A stretch of 64,000 nucleotides of DNA from Vicinamibacterales bacterium. GTDB taxonomy: Bacteria; Acidobacteriota; Vicinamibacteria; Vicinamibacterales; SCN-69-37. The notes beneath the pieces were generated by a model. The model was not told where the DNA came from. It saw nothing but the letters and a program-made list of their open reading frames with translations, and did not search any database. This document shows, one piece after another, positions 29,104-38,262 of the stretch (position 1 is the stretch's first letter; the number at the start of each line of letters is the position of its first letter). The position numbers were made by a program, and so were the translations under genes. The stretch spans positions 29,376 through 93,375 of the forward strand of contig JBDSZL010000071.1 in the NCBI GenBank assembly GCA_039925145.1, read 5' to 3'.

Positions 29104-29104
29104 G

Positions 29105-29815
29105 CTATCTCACAACCCGCATCACTGGCCTCACTTGTGTGATCAATGGAGCGAGCTGTGCCGTCCACAGGTCATAGCCCTCCGCTGTCATGTGCAGGCC
29201 ATCGGCGACGAACAACTCCGGCCGGGGTGTGCCGTCTCGGCCCAGCATCGCGGCGGCCAGGTCGATGTAGTGCAGGTTCTTCCGCGTGGCGGTGTACGTT
29301 TTCACGCGCGCATTCGCGTCCTGCATCGCCGGCCACATGGTCCATCGGGCCAGGCTGGGTTTGACAGCGATGAAGATGATCTCCGTCGCCGGTTTCGCCG
29401 CGAGCACACGGCCGACGAACTGCTGGTAATCGGCGAGCACCCGCTCGGGTGTCTTGCCCGCGGCGATGTCGTTGTCGCCCGCGTAAAAGACCACGACGTC
29501 GGGGCTGTACCTCGTCACTGTCTGTTCGACGAAGTAGTTCACGTCGGAGATCTGAGATCCGCCGAACCCCCGGTTGATGACGGTCAGCGTGGGAAATCTG
29601 CTGCCCGTCGCCCACATCCTGATCGTCGAGCTGCCGGCAAACAGCACCGCGTGCGCGGGCGGCGTGTTCTTGCTGTCCCACTGATCGAACGCCTTGATCT
29701 CCTCCACCAACCGGGCCGGGTCTGGATCGACCGCCTGTGCGTAGGACGCGCTCGCCCCCGCGGTCAGCAGGCACAGGACAATCAGACTGCGCGCGGCGGT
29801 ACGACGCACGTGCAT
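29105..29815 (-). CDS. SGNH/GDSL-family hydrolase (acetylesterase/lipase-like), secreted
   Basis: After a signal peptide come block I ..VLFAGSSTI.., block II ..GFGGSQ.., block III ..YAGDNDI.. and block V ..DGLHMT... Confidence 0.82.
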   Translation of the reverse strand: MHVRRTAARSLIVLCLLTAGASASYAQAVDPDPARLVEEIKAFDQWDSKNTPPAHAVLFAGSSTIRMWATGSRFPTLTVINRGFGGSQISDVNYFVEQTVTRYSPDVVVFYAGDNDIAAGKTPERVLADYQQFVGRVLAAKPATEIIFIAVKPSLARWTMWPAMQDANARVKTYTATRKNLHYIDLAAAMLGRDGTPRPELFVADGLHMTAEGYDLWTAQLAPLITQVRPVMRVVR

Positions 29816-29886
29816 AAGTCCTCCTCTTCAACGGCGCGGCGCCACTAGCGTGTCGCGCGCATGCCCGCAGTATGCGCCAAGACAGG

Positions 29887-31842
29887 TCAGGTCCGCGCGC
29901 GGAGGCGCCATCGATCCAGGTTGTCAATGGCCAGAGGGGCCAGGTCGTCGGCGGGCGCGAAATCGAACACCGCCGCATAGAACGCAAGCTCCGCCTCGAG
30001 GCTCCGGACCGTGGACGCCGCCTGCCGGAAGCCGTGCTGCTCGCCCTGGAACATGACCAGCGCCACCGGCAGCCCTTTGGCGCGCACAGCATCTGCCATG
30101 GTCTGCGCTTGCGCGGGCGGCACGACGGGGTCTTCGGCGCCCTGCAGGAGGATGAGCGGGCACGAGAGTCGATCGACGGCGTGGATCGGCGAACGCGCCC
30201 GGTAACGGTCCTTTGCGGCGGGATACGGTCCGACGAGTGTGTCGAGATAGCGCGCCTCGAATTTGTGTGTGTCGCGCGCGAGACTCTCGAGGTCGCTGAC
30301 ACCAAAATAGCTCGCCGCCGCTGAGAAGACGTCTGGGCGAAACGCCAGCGCGGCGAGTGCCGTGTAACCACCAGCGCTCGATCCACGGATGATGAGGCGG
30401 GCGGCGTCTGCGAGACCCAGGCCGACGAGATGGCGCGCGGCGGCGACGCAGTCGTCGACGTCAACCTCCCCCCACCGGCCGTTCAGACGCTGGCGATAGG
30501 CGCGGCCATAGCCCGTGCTGCCTCCGTAGTCCACGTCCACGACTGCAAATCCACGGGTCGTCCAGAACTGCAGCGCCAGGCTCAGAGCTGCGGACGCAGC
30601 CCCTGTGGGGCCTCCATGGCTCACCACGATCAGCGGGGGTCGCTCATCGTCGGCCGCCCGGCAGTGGGGATGGCGAGGCGGATAATAGAAGGCACGTGCG
30701 GTGACGTCCTGTTGAGTCGGAAACTCGATCGTCTGAGGCACAGAGAGATAGCTGACATCAACCGTTTCAGCGGCTGCCGATCGCACCGTGTCGACCGCAC
30801 CGGTCGAGAGATCGATACACACGACCGCGTCGGTCGCCGTGGGTGACGAAGCCACGCACGCCACCCACATTGAGTTCGCGACCACCATCGCACCCGGCTC
30901 GATGTCAGGGGCGAGCGTTCTGAGCGTGCGGCTTGCCGGGTCGAGAACAGCCAGCCTCCAGCGTCCGTCCATCGCGTAAGAGACAACCAGCGACGTGCCG
31001 GCGAACGACCAGGTCGTGGTCCCCAACTGCCAGAGCGGACGCCCGAAATCCGCTGCCATCGGGCAGATCGCTTCTGCGGGAGAACTTTCGTCCGCTCGCT
31101 GCCGGTACAGATTCCACCAGCCGCTGCGGTCGGATACGAAATAAATCGTGCCGTCTGTGGACCACTCCGGATGCATCACCGACTCACGATCGCTGCCTGC
31201 CACCCGGCGGTGGCGAGCCGTCCCACCGCCCGGCAGGACGTCGGCCACCCAGAGTTCGGTCCCATCCCAAGGCATCTGCGGATGTCGCCACGACAACCAG
31301 AGCAGCCGGGTGCCGTCGGCACTGAACCTTGGTGCCGCATAGAAGTCCTCTCCAGCCACGAGGACCTGCGGCGCGGTCGAGCCTCCACCGAGCATGACGC
31401 GCACGAGGGTGTTCTCGGGCTCCTGCGAGACGCGCGAGTGGTCTTCCCTCACCCACACCATCCACCCGCCAGATGGATGTAGGTCGCCATCCGCGTACCG
31501 CCAGGGTCCGACCGGTGTGAGCGGCCGGATGTCGCCGTTTTTGATGCTGTATAGCCGCTGGTCGGAGAACTCGGAGAAGACGACCTGTCCATCCGCGATG
31601 AGGTAGGCGCCTCCACCATACTCGTGCACGCGAGTGCGCACATTCATCGCCGGCGGTGTGACTTCGGCAATCGCGCCATCGGCGCCACGCTTCATGAGCA
31701 CGTTACGGCCACCCTCTGCCGGCCGGCCTTCGAGCCAGTAGGCGTCGGGACCATCGAGCGCGACTGCCCCGAGGCGCAGCGAACCTGCACCCACCGACCG
31801 CGCGCTGATTGGAGACTTCCAGGTGCCGTAGGGAGCGATCAC
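29887..31842 (-). CDS. S9-family serine peptidase (prolyl oligopeptidase/acylaminoacyl-peptidase-like) with N-terminal beta-propeller
   Basis: ..IIRGSSAGGYTAL.. carries the GxSxGG motif. ..LLQGAEDPVVP.. and ..GEQHGF.. are the catalytic Asp and His regions. Confidence 0.85.
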   Translation of the reverse strand: MIAPYGTWKSPISARSVGAGSLRLGAVALDGPDAYWLEGRPAEGGRNVLMKRGADGAIAEVTPPAMNVRTRVHEYGGGAYLIADGQVVFSEFSDQRLYSIKNGDIRPLTPVGPWRYADGDLHPSGGWMVWVREDHSRVSQEPENTLVRVMLGGGSTAPQVLVAGEDFYAAPRFSADGTRLLWLSWRHPQMPWDGTELWVADVLPGGGTARHRRVAGSDRESVMHPEWSTDGTIYFVSDRSGWWNLYRQRADESSPAEAICPMAADFGRPLWQLGTTTWSFAGTSLVVSYAMDGRWRLAVLDPASRTLRTLAPDIEPGAMVVANSMWVACVASSPTATDAVVCIDLSTGAVDTVRSAAAETVDVSYLSVPQTIEFPTQQDVTARAFYYPPRHPHCRAADDERPPLIVVSHGGPTGAASAALSLALQFWTTRGFAVVDVDYGGSTGYGRAYRQRLNGRWGEVDVDDCVAAARHLVGLGLADAARLIIRGSSAGGYTALAALAFRPDVFSAAASYFGVSDLESLARDTHKFEARYLDTLVGPYPAAKDRYRARSPIHAVDRLSCPLILLQGAEDPVVPPAQAQTMADAVRAKGLPVALVMFQGEQHGFRQAASTVRSLEAELAFYAAVFDFAPADDLAPLAIDNLDRWRLRART

Positions 31843-31872
31843 GGATCTACACGGCTGCCCGTCGAGAGATCG

Positions 31873-32256
31873 TCAGACGTCTCCGCCGTTTCGCCATCGC
31901 AACGCCGTCAGGTCTGCGAGCCCCGACAGATACGAACTTGCCAGCCCGGCTTTGTCGGTCGGCGACTCGAGCGCCGCCGCCAGCTCGCTGACGAGCACAG
32001 ACCCAAGGGCGTGAATGGAATCGTGCCTCATCAGACCCTCGCGTTGCAGCCGCGCGTGAGTGTCGACAACGACTGGCTCACCGAGCGCCAGCTGATTTTC
32101 GACAGCCACGTGAATGGCCGCGTGCAGCCGTGCATTGGCGACCGCAATCCGAGCCTGGCGATGATAGGTCATCACCGCCACGAGCTTGTCGCTGTCATCG
32201 GCGCCCATCCACTCCTCGGCCGGTGGCGCAACGTCCGGGTCGTAGTCCTGCACCAT
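31873..32256 (-). CDS. Hypothetical protein (tentatively DUF1841-like)
   Basis: The 127-aa ORF has good G/C third-position bias. Its resemblance to DUF1841 helical proteins is from memory only. Confidence 0.5.
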   Translation of the reverse strand: MVQDYDPDVAPPAEEWMGADDSDKLVAVMTYHRQARIAVANARLHAAIHVAVENQLALGEPVVVDTHARLQREGLMRHDSIHALGSVLVSELAAALESPTDKAGLASSYLSGLADLTALRWRNGGDV

Positions 32257-32301
32257 ACGTGAACGGTCCGAGCAATAGTGAAGCGCGGTTTTGCGATCAG
32301 A

Positions 32302-32580
32302 TCAGGTGCGCGGCGAGTCGCGCAAGTGCGCGTCTTTGATCCGTCCGAGTGCGCGATCGACCGACCGGGTCAGCTTGTCCAGAGCGCCGGCCAGAGCCTG
32401 TTCGACGCCGGCGGCCTGATGCGTCACCGCGATCGGAGGCAAGCCGGCGAGCCGGGCCTCGATCGCGCAGCGCTTGTCGAAGTCGTTGGACTTGGCGCTG
32501 CTGTTCTCGTCGGTGAAGTGCACTTCGACGCGCGTGATTCGTTCGCCAAAACGCGCCAGAGCCCCGGGCCATGCCCCCAT
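32302..32580 (-). CDS. HPF/RaiA-family (ribosome-associated, S30AE-like) protein, apparently N-terminally truncated
   Basis: ..RFGERITRVEVHFTDENSSAKSNDFDKRCAIEARLAGLPPIAVTH..ALDKL.. matches the central and C-terminal part of short HPF-like proteins. An in-frame TAG directly precedes the ATG, and the GT2 gene ends 4 nt upstream. Confidence 0.55.
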   Translation of the reverse strand: MGAWPGALARFGERITRVEVHFTDENSSAKSNDFDKRCAIEARLAGLPPIAVTHQAAGVEQALAGALDKLTRSVDRALGRIKDAHLRDSPRT

Positions 32581-32584
32581 CTAA

Positions 32585-33574
32585 TCACGGGGGTGAGTGG
32601 TCGGTCGACTGCGGACCCGTGGGGCGCTCAGGAGGCACGTCGGCACCGCCGCGGACGATTTCACGCACGACCGCCTGCGGCCGCTGGTTGATCGTCAGAA
32701 ACATCCGTCCGATGTACTCGCCGATCAGCCCGAGCAGCACGAGCTGCGTGCCCGAGAACACCAGCAACGCCGCCATGATCCAGCCGAAGCCGTAATCAGG
32801 CCCCTGATCGCGCAGCCACAACCGGAACACGACCACGAGCGCGCCTAACCCCGCGACCGCCAGCACGAGCCCCACGAACGTGGCCAGCCGCAGTGGCAGC
32901 ACCGAGAAATTGAGCCACGCGCTCAGCCAGAGCCGCACCAGTCGCCGAAGGGTGTAAGTACTCGTGCCCGCCTTGCGCGCTTCGTGCCGGACATCGACCG
33001 ATCCGATGCGCTGTGTCACCTGCAGCAGTAATCCGTCGATGTACGGATAGGGGCCCGCGTAGCTGGTGACCTGCTGCGCGACGAACGCCGTCACGCAGCG
33101 GAAGCTCGACAGGTAGAACCCCTGGGGCTTGTCGAGCGCCCAGTCGGTCATTCGATTGGTGAACCAGCTGCCGACATTGCGAAACATCGAATGCTGCTTC
33201 ATCGGGTAGTGCCCGAAGATGACGTCGAGCCCGGTTGCCACGGCATGACGCCACAGCCGGGCGGCCTCCGCGGGTGGATTCTGGCCGTCGTCGTCGAGGT
33301 TCACGATGTGCAACCCGCGCGCGTGCCGCCATCCGGTCAGCACCGCGTTGTGCTCGCCGTAGTTGCGCGCGTGCTCAATCAGCGTTATGGGTACGCGCAT
33401 GTCGCGCATGAGGGCGCGGCAGACCTCGCTGGTGCCATCGCCGCTGCCGTCGTTCACGAGGACGATCTCGTGACCACCTTCGATCGTGAGCGACTCGATT
33501 TCTCGCACAACCGTGCCGATCGTCTCGGCACTTCGGTAGAGCGGAATCACGAACGTCAACGCGGGAACAGACAT
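32585..33574 (-). CDS. Family-2 glycosyltransferase (polyprenol-phosphate glycosyltransferase, GtrB/ArnC-like) with C-terminal TM helices
   Basis: ..LTFVIPLYRSAETI..IVLVNDGSGDGT.. and ..NLDDDGQ.. (DxD) are present, with two C-terminal TM helices. Confidence 0.85.
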   Translation of the reverse strand: MSVPALTFVIPLYRSAETIGTVVREIESLTIEGGHEIVLVNDGSGDGTSEVCRALMRDMRVPITLIEHARNYGEHNAVLTGWRHARGLHIVNLDDDGQNPPAEAARLWRHAVATGLDVIFGHYPMKQHSMFRNVGSWFTNRMTDWALDKPQGFYLSSFRCVTAFVAQQVTSYAGPYPYIDGLLLQVTQRIGSVDVRHEARKAGTSTYTLRRLVRLWLSAWLNFSVLPLRLATFVGLVLAVAGLGALVVVFRLWLRDQGPDYGFGWIMAALLVFSGTQLVLLGLIGEYIGRMFLTINQRPQAVVREIVRGGADVPPERPTGPQSTDHSPP

Positions 33575-33635
33575 ATCGGGTTGGGGCGCCCGATGTTAGC
33601 ACGCAGGCCGACGGCTTTTCAGGGCACTCAGTGCG

Positions 33636-34316
33636 CTAGCGGACTTCAATCTCGACCACCTGTGTGTCCACAGTCGCGTCGATGGCGGAGGCGGTGGAAC
33701 CGGGATCATGCCAGAGGAAACGTCCCGGCTCCGAGCCTGTGACGACGACCTCGAGCCAGCCGCCCGAGTGCCGATGTGCCGGCATCCGTTCCCCCGCACG
33801 CAGGACGATGCGGCTGGCGAGAACGCGGGTGTTGTCGACGACCACTTCGTGGCCGGGGGCGCCGGCCGGTGTCGCAGGTGCCGCATCGGCGCGGATCGGC
33901 GTCAGCAGCTCGACGTCGAAGATCCTGATGGGATGGTCGCCGACGTTGGCGACGCGGTGAGTGTACGGCGGGTGCGCCGAGTTGAACACGACCCTCCCGA
34001 CCGGCGGCGTCTGAATGAGGCCATCGGCGCCGGGCAGGTCGACGCGCGTGGGGCCCGTGGCCAGCCGAACGGAGACGTTGTCGTTGGAGTGGGTGTGAAA
34101 CAGGCTGACGTAGCTTGAAGGCAACACCACATCGAGCAGGCGCAGGCTGGCGTTTTCGAAAACAGGTCGGTGCTGCGGCTCACGCTCGACCGGGACGGGC
34201 GACTGCGGGAGCGAGCCTAGCAGCACGACGCTGGCGCATACGGCCGTGCAGCTGATGCTGCGAGCACGTACGAATCTCGCGCGCAACAGGCCGCCGCGCC
34301 CTCCGTTCAGTTCCAC
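33636..34316 (-). CDS. Hypothetical secreted protein with two cupin-like halves
   Basis: The N-terminus is hydrophobic. Two repeats resemble each other: ..LFHTHSNDNVSVRL.. and ..MPAHRHSGGWLEVVV... The start codon is uncertain. Confidence 0.5.
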   Translation of the reverse strand: MELNGGRGGLLRARFVRARSISCTAVCASVVLLGSLPQSPVPVEREPQHRPVFENASLRLLDVVLPSSYVSLFHTHSNDNVSVRLATGPTRVDLPGADGLIQTPPVGRVVFNSAHPPYTHRVANVGDHPIRIFDVELLTPIRADAAPATPAGAPGHEVVVDNTRVLASRIVLRAGERMPAHRHSGGWLEVVVTGSEPGRFLWHDPGSTASAIDATVDTQVVEIEVR

Positions 34317-34337
34317 AACGTGCAGCCGCGCAGAGGG

Positions 34338-34901
34338 CTACCGCTCGGTGCCACGCGACACGACCCGAGCGTGATCGGCTGGCTTCTCCATCGTTGGCTG
34401 CCGGTTGTACGCGTCCGACTGGCCCGGTGGAATGCTGAGGTACGTCCAGTCGCGCCCACGAATGGCTTTCGCAACGTAGACAATTTGCCCGACGTGGTAG
34501 CTGCAGTGCGCGAGCGCGCGGTGCAACGCGTCGCCAACAGGCAGCGCCTGCCCGCGGATGGTCACCGTCTGGTCGAGCGTCTGTGCATCGAGCGCGTCGA
34601 GTGCCTGGAGCACCGCATTCCACCCGAGTGCCCACTTGGCCTCGAGCTCCGCGTGCGTCACCGCGCGCGGCTGGAACTCCTCCTCACGATGTCGCCAGGG
34701 CTTCTCGCCGTCGCTCGTGAGGAAATCGGTGAAGCGCGACTGAAGATTGCCGGCGATGTGCCAGCAGATTGTCGCCACCGAGCTGGCAGCGTCACTGCGC
34801 GAATCGGACAGCTCCGCGTCGCTCAACTGCCCTATCGCGCCTTCTGCCAGTGCCTTGTATCGGAGCAACTCGGTGCGGATGGACCCAATCACATCAGGCA
34901 T
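34338..34901 (-). CDS. DinB-superfamily protein (DUF1572-like)
   Basis: ..ICWHIAGNL.. and ..LAHCSYHVGQIVYVAK.. are the conserved His motifs. Confidence 0.8.
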   Translation of the reverse strand: MPDVIGSIRTELLRYKALAEGAIGQLSDAELSDSRSDAASSVATICWHIAGNLQSRFTDFLTSDGEKPWRHREEEFQPRAVTHAELEAKWALGWNAVLQALDALDAQTLDQTVTIRGQALPVGDALHRALAHCSYHVGQIVYVAKAIRGRDWTYLSIPPGQSDAYNRQPTMEKPADHARVVSRGTER

Positions 34902-35013
34902 AGACCGGACTCTCCTCGGGGATGCGGCCCAGGAACAACTCTGTGTCGTACATCAGCCGTACCCTGCCGCCGTCCTGATAAGTCTCGAACAAATGCTTCA
35001 GCGCGTCCAGCAT
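34894..35013 (-). CDS. Possible small ORF (39 aa) translationally coupled to the DinB/DUF1572 gene
   Basis: MLDALKHLFETYQDGGRVRLMYDTELFLGRIPEESPVYA. The third position is about 80 percent G/C, and its stop overlaps the downstream ATG by 8 nt. It has no clear SD and no family. Confidence 0.3.
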   Translation of the reverse strand: MLDALKHLFETYQDGGRVRLMYDTELFLGRIPEESPVYA

Positions 35014-35056
35014 CGGCACATGGCCCGGATCGGACGCCGCAGGGACGTACGGAGCG

Positions 35057-35785
35057 TCAGTCGAGTGGTTTGATCCGGACGTTGGTGTAGTAGCTGAAGC
35101 TGTTCGGGTCGTGCGCCTGAAAGGCAATCGTGCCCGGCGCGATCTTGCGGCCAGGCGTGTCGTACGACCCTGCCCAGTCAGCTGGCTGCTTCCACTGGAG
35201 AACCTGCTCGCCTTTGACAGTGACCGAGATGGTCTGGCCGCGCACCATGATCTCCATCGGAAACCACTCGTCGTCTTTCGCCGGGATGTTCGAGAGATCG
35301 ACCACGTGATAGAGGCTGCCAGTGCGGATGCGGTCTGTATGGCTGTTGTTGACCTGGATTTCGAACCCTTTGGCCGGAAACCCTGTCTCCTGAAACTCGG
35401 TCAGCACGTAGACGCCGCCGTTGCTGCGCGCCTTGGCCATCACGTCGAGCTTCAGATCGAAGTTGCGGAAACTATGGGTCCGGAATGGGCCGTCGTAGAA
35501 CAGGTGCCCGGCGCCGCTGACGCCGTTGGCCACGATGGCGCCGCTCTCCACCTTGAACGACTCCGCAGGGCCGCTCACCTTCCAGCCGGTCAGATCCTTG
35601 CGGTTGAACAGGTTCGTGTACCCGGCCTCGATCTTCAGCGCCGGGACCTGCAGCGGCGCACTCGCCGCGGCCGCGGGTGGGGTAGAGGCCGGGGCCTGCG
35701 GCGCGGGGCTTTGCGCGCGCGTGACTGGTCCGAACAGTCCTGAGGCAGCGACAAGGGCAATCAGCAGAACAGGGGCGTGCTTCAT
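35057..35785 (-). CDS. DUF1080 (3-keto-disaccharide hydrolase / LamG-like fold) secreted protein
   Basis: I moved the start to the ATG at 35785 (GGAGGA upstream; signal peptide MKHAPVLLIALVAASGLFG..). ..LFNRKDLTGWK.., ..NSGVYV-like.. and ..IAFQAHDPNSFSYYTNVRIKPL.. are typical of DUF1080. Confidence 0.8.
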   Translation of the reverse strand: MKHAPVLLIALVAASGLFGPVTRAQSPAPQAPASTPPAAAASAPLQVPALKIEAGYTNLFNRKDLTGWKVSGPAESFKVESGAIVANGVSGAGHLFYDGPFRTHSFRNFDLKLDVMAKARSNGGVYVLTEFQETGFPAKGFEIQVNNSHTDRIRTGSLYHVVDLSNIPAKDDEWFPMEIMVRGQTISVTVKGEQVLQWKQPADWAGSYDTPGRKIAPGTIAFQAHDPNSFSYYTNVRIKPLD

Positions 35786-35958
35786 GACGATTCCTCCGGG
35801 GGCGTCCACGCGCCAGTTCGCGGCGTTGGCGCAGATGTCAGGGGTGGCTGAGAGCATACCATCGGCTGTTCGTGCATCGGGACGGTGTGCTGGCTCTCGG
35901 GCCGAGCCGCAGCGCATCATCAGCGCGAGGTCACCGGACGTGAAGCGTCGCGGCCATG

Positions 35959-36765
35959 TCACGGTCGCGGACGCGCACCCTGAGGCGCCACGATTTCGAT
36001 CTGGAACACGGCTGGCCAGAACTTTCCCGTCACGAACAGGCGATCACCCTCGGGGTCATACGCGATGCCGTTGAGGACGGCGTTCGAACCAGGCGGGACG
36101 GCGGTTGGCCGGAGACCCGCAAGATCGATCCAGCCCACCACCTGACCGGTGTCAGGCGAGATGCGGGCGATGCGGTCCGACTGCCAGACGTTGGCCCAGA
36201 TCTCGCCCTTCACGAATTCGAGTTCGTTCAGGTCCGCTACCGGGGCACCCCGATCGGTGACCGCAATCCGCCGTAGCTCGGCGAACGACTCGGGGTCGAG
36301 GACGCGGAGAGAGCTGGATCCGTCACTGAGAAACAGGTGCTGGCCGTCGTGAGTGAGGCCCCATCCTTCACCCGAGTAGGTCACGGTCCGTTGCAGAGCG
36401 AACGACGAACGGTCGTAGACGAAGGCCACGCCGCTCTGCCAGGTGAGCTGAATGAGGGAGTCCTTCCACGCCGCCAGACCTTCGGCAAAGTATGCGGAAT
36501 CCACAGGTCGCTGCTGAACAACACGGCCGGTCTCGAGCTCGACCCGGCGCAACGAGGAACGGCCATTGAGACCGGTGCTCTCCAGAAGCTTCCCGTCCGC
36601 GAACACCAGTCCCTGGGTGAACGCGTCAGGATCGTGCGGGTAACTCTTCACGACGCGGTAACCGGCGGCGACGGCAGGCCCGGTGACCGCGGCTGGAGAC
36701 GGTGCGCCCGCACATGCCGCGACGAGGGACGCGGCGGCGGTTGACGTGGCAATGAGGCGCCCCAT
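35959..36765 (-). CDS. Glutaminyl-peptide cyclotransferase (beta-propeller, plant/bacterial type), lipoprotein
   Basis: ..YPHDPDAFTQGL..LLESTGLNGRSSLRRVELETG..FAEGL..LTWQSG..EGWGLT.. and ..LNELEFVKGEIWANVW.. are present. The lipobox-like N-terminus is ..LVAAC. Confidence 0.85.
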   Translation of the reverse strand: MGRLIATSTAAASLVAACAGAPSPAAVTGPAVAAGYRVVKSYPHDPDAFTQGLVFADGKLLESTGLNGRSSLRRVELETGRVVQQRPVDSAYFAEGLAAWKDSLIQLTWQSGVAFVYDRSSFALQRTVTYSGEGWGLTHDGQHLFLSDGSSSLRVLDPESFAELRRIAVTDRGAPVADLNELEFVKGEIWANVWQSDRIARISPDTGQVVGWIDLAGLRPTAVPPGSNAVLNGIAYDPEGDRLFVTGKFWPAVFQIEIVAPQGARPRP

Positions 36766-36860
36766 GATGTGCCCCCATCATGAGTTGAAGACCGTCGAAC
36801 GTCCAGCACGATAGGCGCATGTGCCGGCGGCGGACATTGCGCGATAATGCGAGGGTGGGC

Positions 36861-38225
36861 ATGCCTCTCTTACGCCACTCTCGCATTCTTCTCCTGCTGC
36901 TGGGAGGGGGCCTCGTCTCCCCCGTTTCGGCGCGGCAGCAGGCGACTCCGGCGCAGCAGTCGCAGGCCGCTGACGCCGGCGCCAAGGCCAATACCGTCAT
37001 GACGCTGCTCACTCAGCAGAAGTTTGCCGAGGTCGCTGCCCAGTTCGACGCGACAGTCGCGGCTGCGCTACCCGAGGATCGACTGCGCAGTTCCTGGGCC
37101 AGCCTCCTCCAGCAGATGGGAGCCTTCAAAGACATCGTGCAGACACGTGTGGACCTGCGCGACGCCGTCCGTATCGTGACGGTGACATCGCAGATGGAAC
37201 GCGGCAGGATCGAGACGGTGATCGCGTTGGGTGCGGGCGACCGCGTCGTCGGTTTGTCGATTCGGCCGGTGGTGCCTGTCGCTGACTACGCCCCGCCCCC
37301 CTACGCCGATCCCCCTTCCTACGCCGAAACGGAAGTGACTGTTGGTAGTGGCGAGTGGGCGTTGCCCGGCACGCTCACCATGCCTGCCGGCTCGGGCCCC
37401 TTCCCGGCGATCGTGCTCGTGCACGGGTCGGGCCCGAACGACAGAGACGAGACGATTGGGCCCAACAAGCTGTTCAAGGATCTCGCTCTCGGTCTGGCGT
37501 CGCAGGGCATCGCGGTGCTCCGCTACGACAAGCGCACCAAACAATACGCCGCGAAGATGGTCGCGTCCAGCACCCTGACCGTGAAGGACGAGACGATCGA
37601 TGACGCGGTTGCGGCGGCGGCGCTGCTTCGGTCCACGCCGCGCATCGACCGCGCGCGCGTCTTCGTACTCGGCCACAGCCTGGGTGCCATGCTGCTGCCC
37701 CGCATCGCTGCGGCGACCCCCGAGCTCAGAGGCCTGATCGCGATGGCGGCCCCAGCGCGATCCTTCGATGTGGCGCTCATGGAACAGGCCCAATACCTGG
37801 CCGAGCTCGACGGTCGAGTGACGCCCGAAGAGCAGAAGCAGCTCGACACGATGAAGACAGGCCTCGACGCTGTTCGAGGACTGACGCCGGCCGATGCAGG
37901 CAACTCGCGTTCTTATTCGGGGGCGCCAGCTTCATACTGGCTCGACCTACGGGGATACGACCCCCCGACAGCCGCCAAGGACGTGAAGCAGCCGATGCTC
38001 GTGCTGCAGGGCGAGCGCGATTATCAGGTGACCATGGCCGAGTTCGCGCGGTGGAAGGCGGCCCTCGCCAGTCGGAAAGACGTCACCTTTCATTCCTATG
38101 CTGGTCTGAATCACATCTTCCAGGCAGGGGTGGGCCCCGGGATGCCCACTGAATATTTGAAACAGGGACACGTCCCCGAACAGGTCATCCGCGATATTGT
38201 CGGCTGGATCCAAGCGGCGCGCTGA
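36861..38225 (+). CDS. Secreted alpha/beta hydrolase with N-terminal DUF3887-like domain
   Basis: I placed the start at the ATG at 36861 (signal MPLLRHSRILLLLLGGGLVSPVSA). ..VLVHGSGPNDRDE.. and ..VLGHSLGAM.. (GxSxG) are present. Confidence 0.8.
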   Translation: MPLLRHSRILLLLLGGGLVSPVSARQQATPAQQSQAADAGAKANTVMTLLTQQKFAEVAAQFDATVAAALPEDRLRSSWASLLQQMGAFKDIVQTRVDLRDAVRIVTVTSQMERGRIETVIALGAGDRVVGLSIRPVVPVADYAPPPYADPPSYAETEVTVGSGEWALPGTLTMPAGSGPFPAIVLVHGSGPNDRDETIGPNKLFKDLALGLASQGIAVLRYDKRTKQYAAKMVASSTLTVKDETIDDAVAAAALLRSTPRIDRARVFVLGHSLGAMLLPRIAAATPELRGLIAMAAPARSFDVALMEQAQYLAELDGRVTPEEQKQLDTMKTGLDAVRGLTPADAGNSRSYSGAPASYWLDLRGYDPPTAAKDVKQPMLVLQGERDYQVTMAEFARWKAALASRKDVTFHSYAGLNHIFQAGVGPGMPTEYLKQGHVPEQVIRDIVGWIQAAR

Positions 38226-38262
38226 TCGCGCCCGCGCGTGCCTCCTGGGAGGCTGCGATCCC

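Noticed and set aside
35345-35375. GATTTCGAACCC segment resembling the complement of a tRNA T-arm
   Set aside because: It lies inside the DUF1080 coding sequence, and no acceptor, D or anticodon arms can be built around it. I found no tRNA anywhere in the window.
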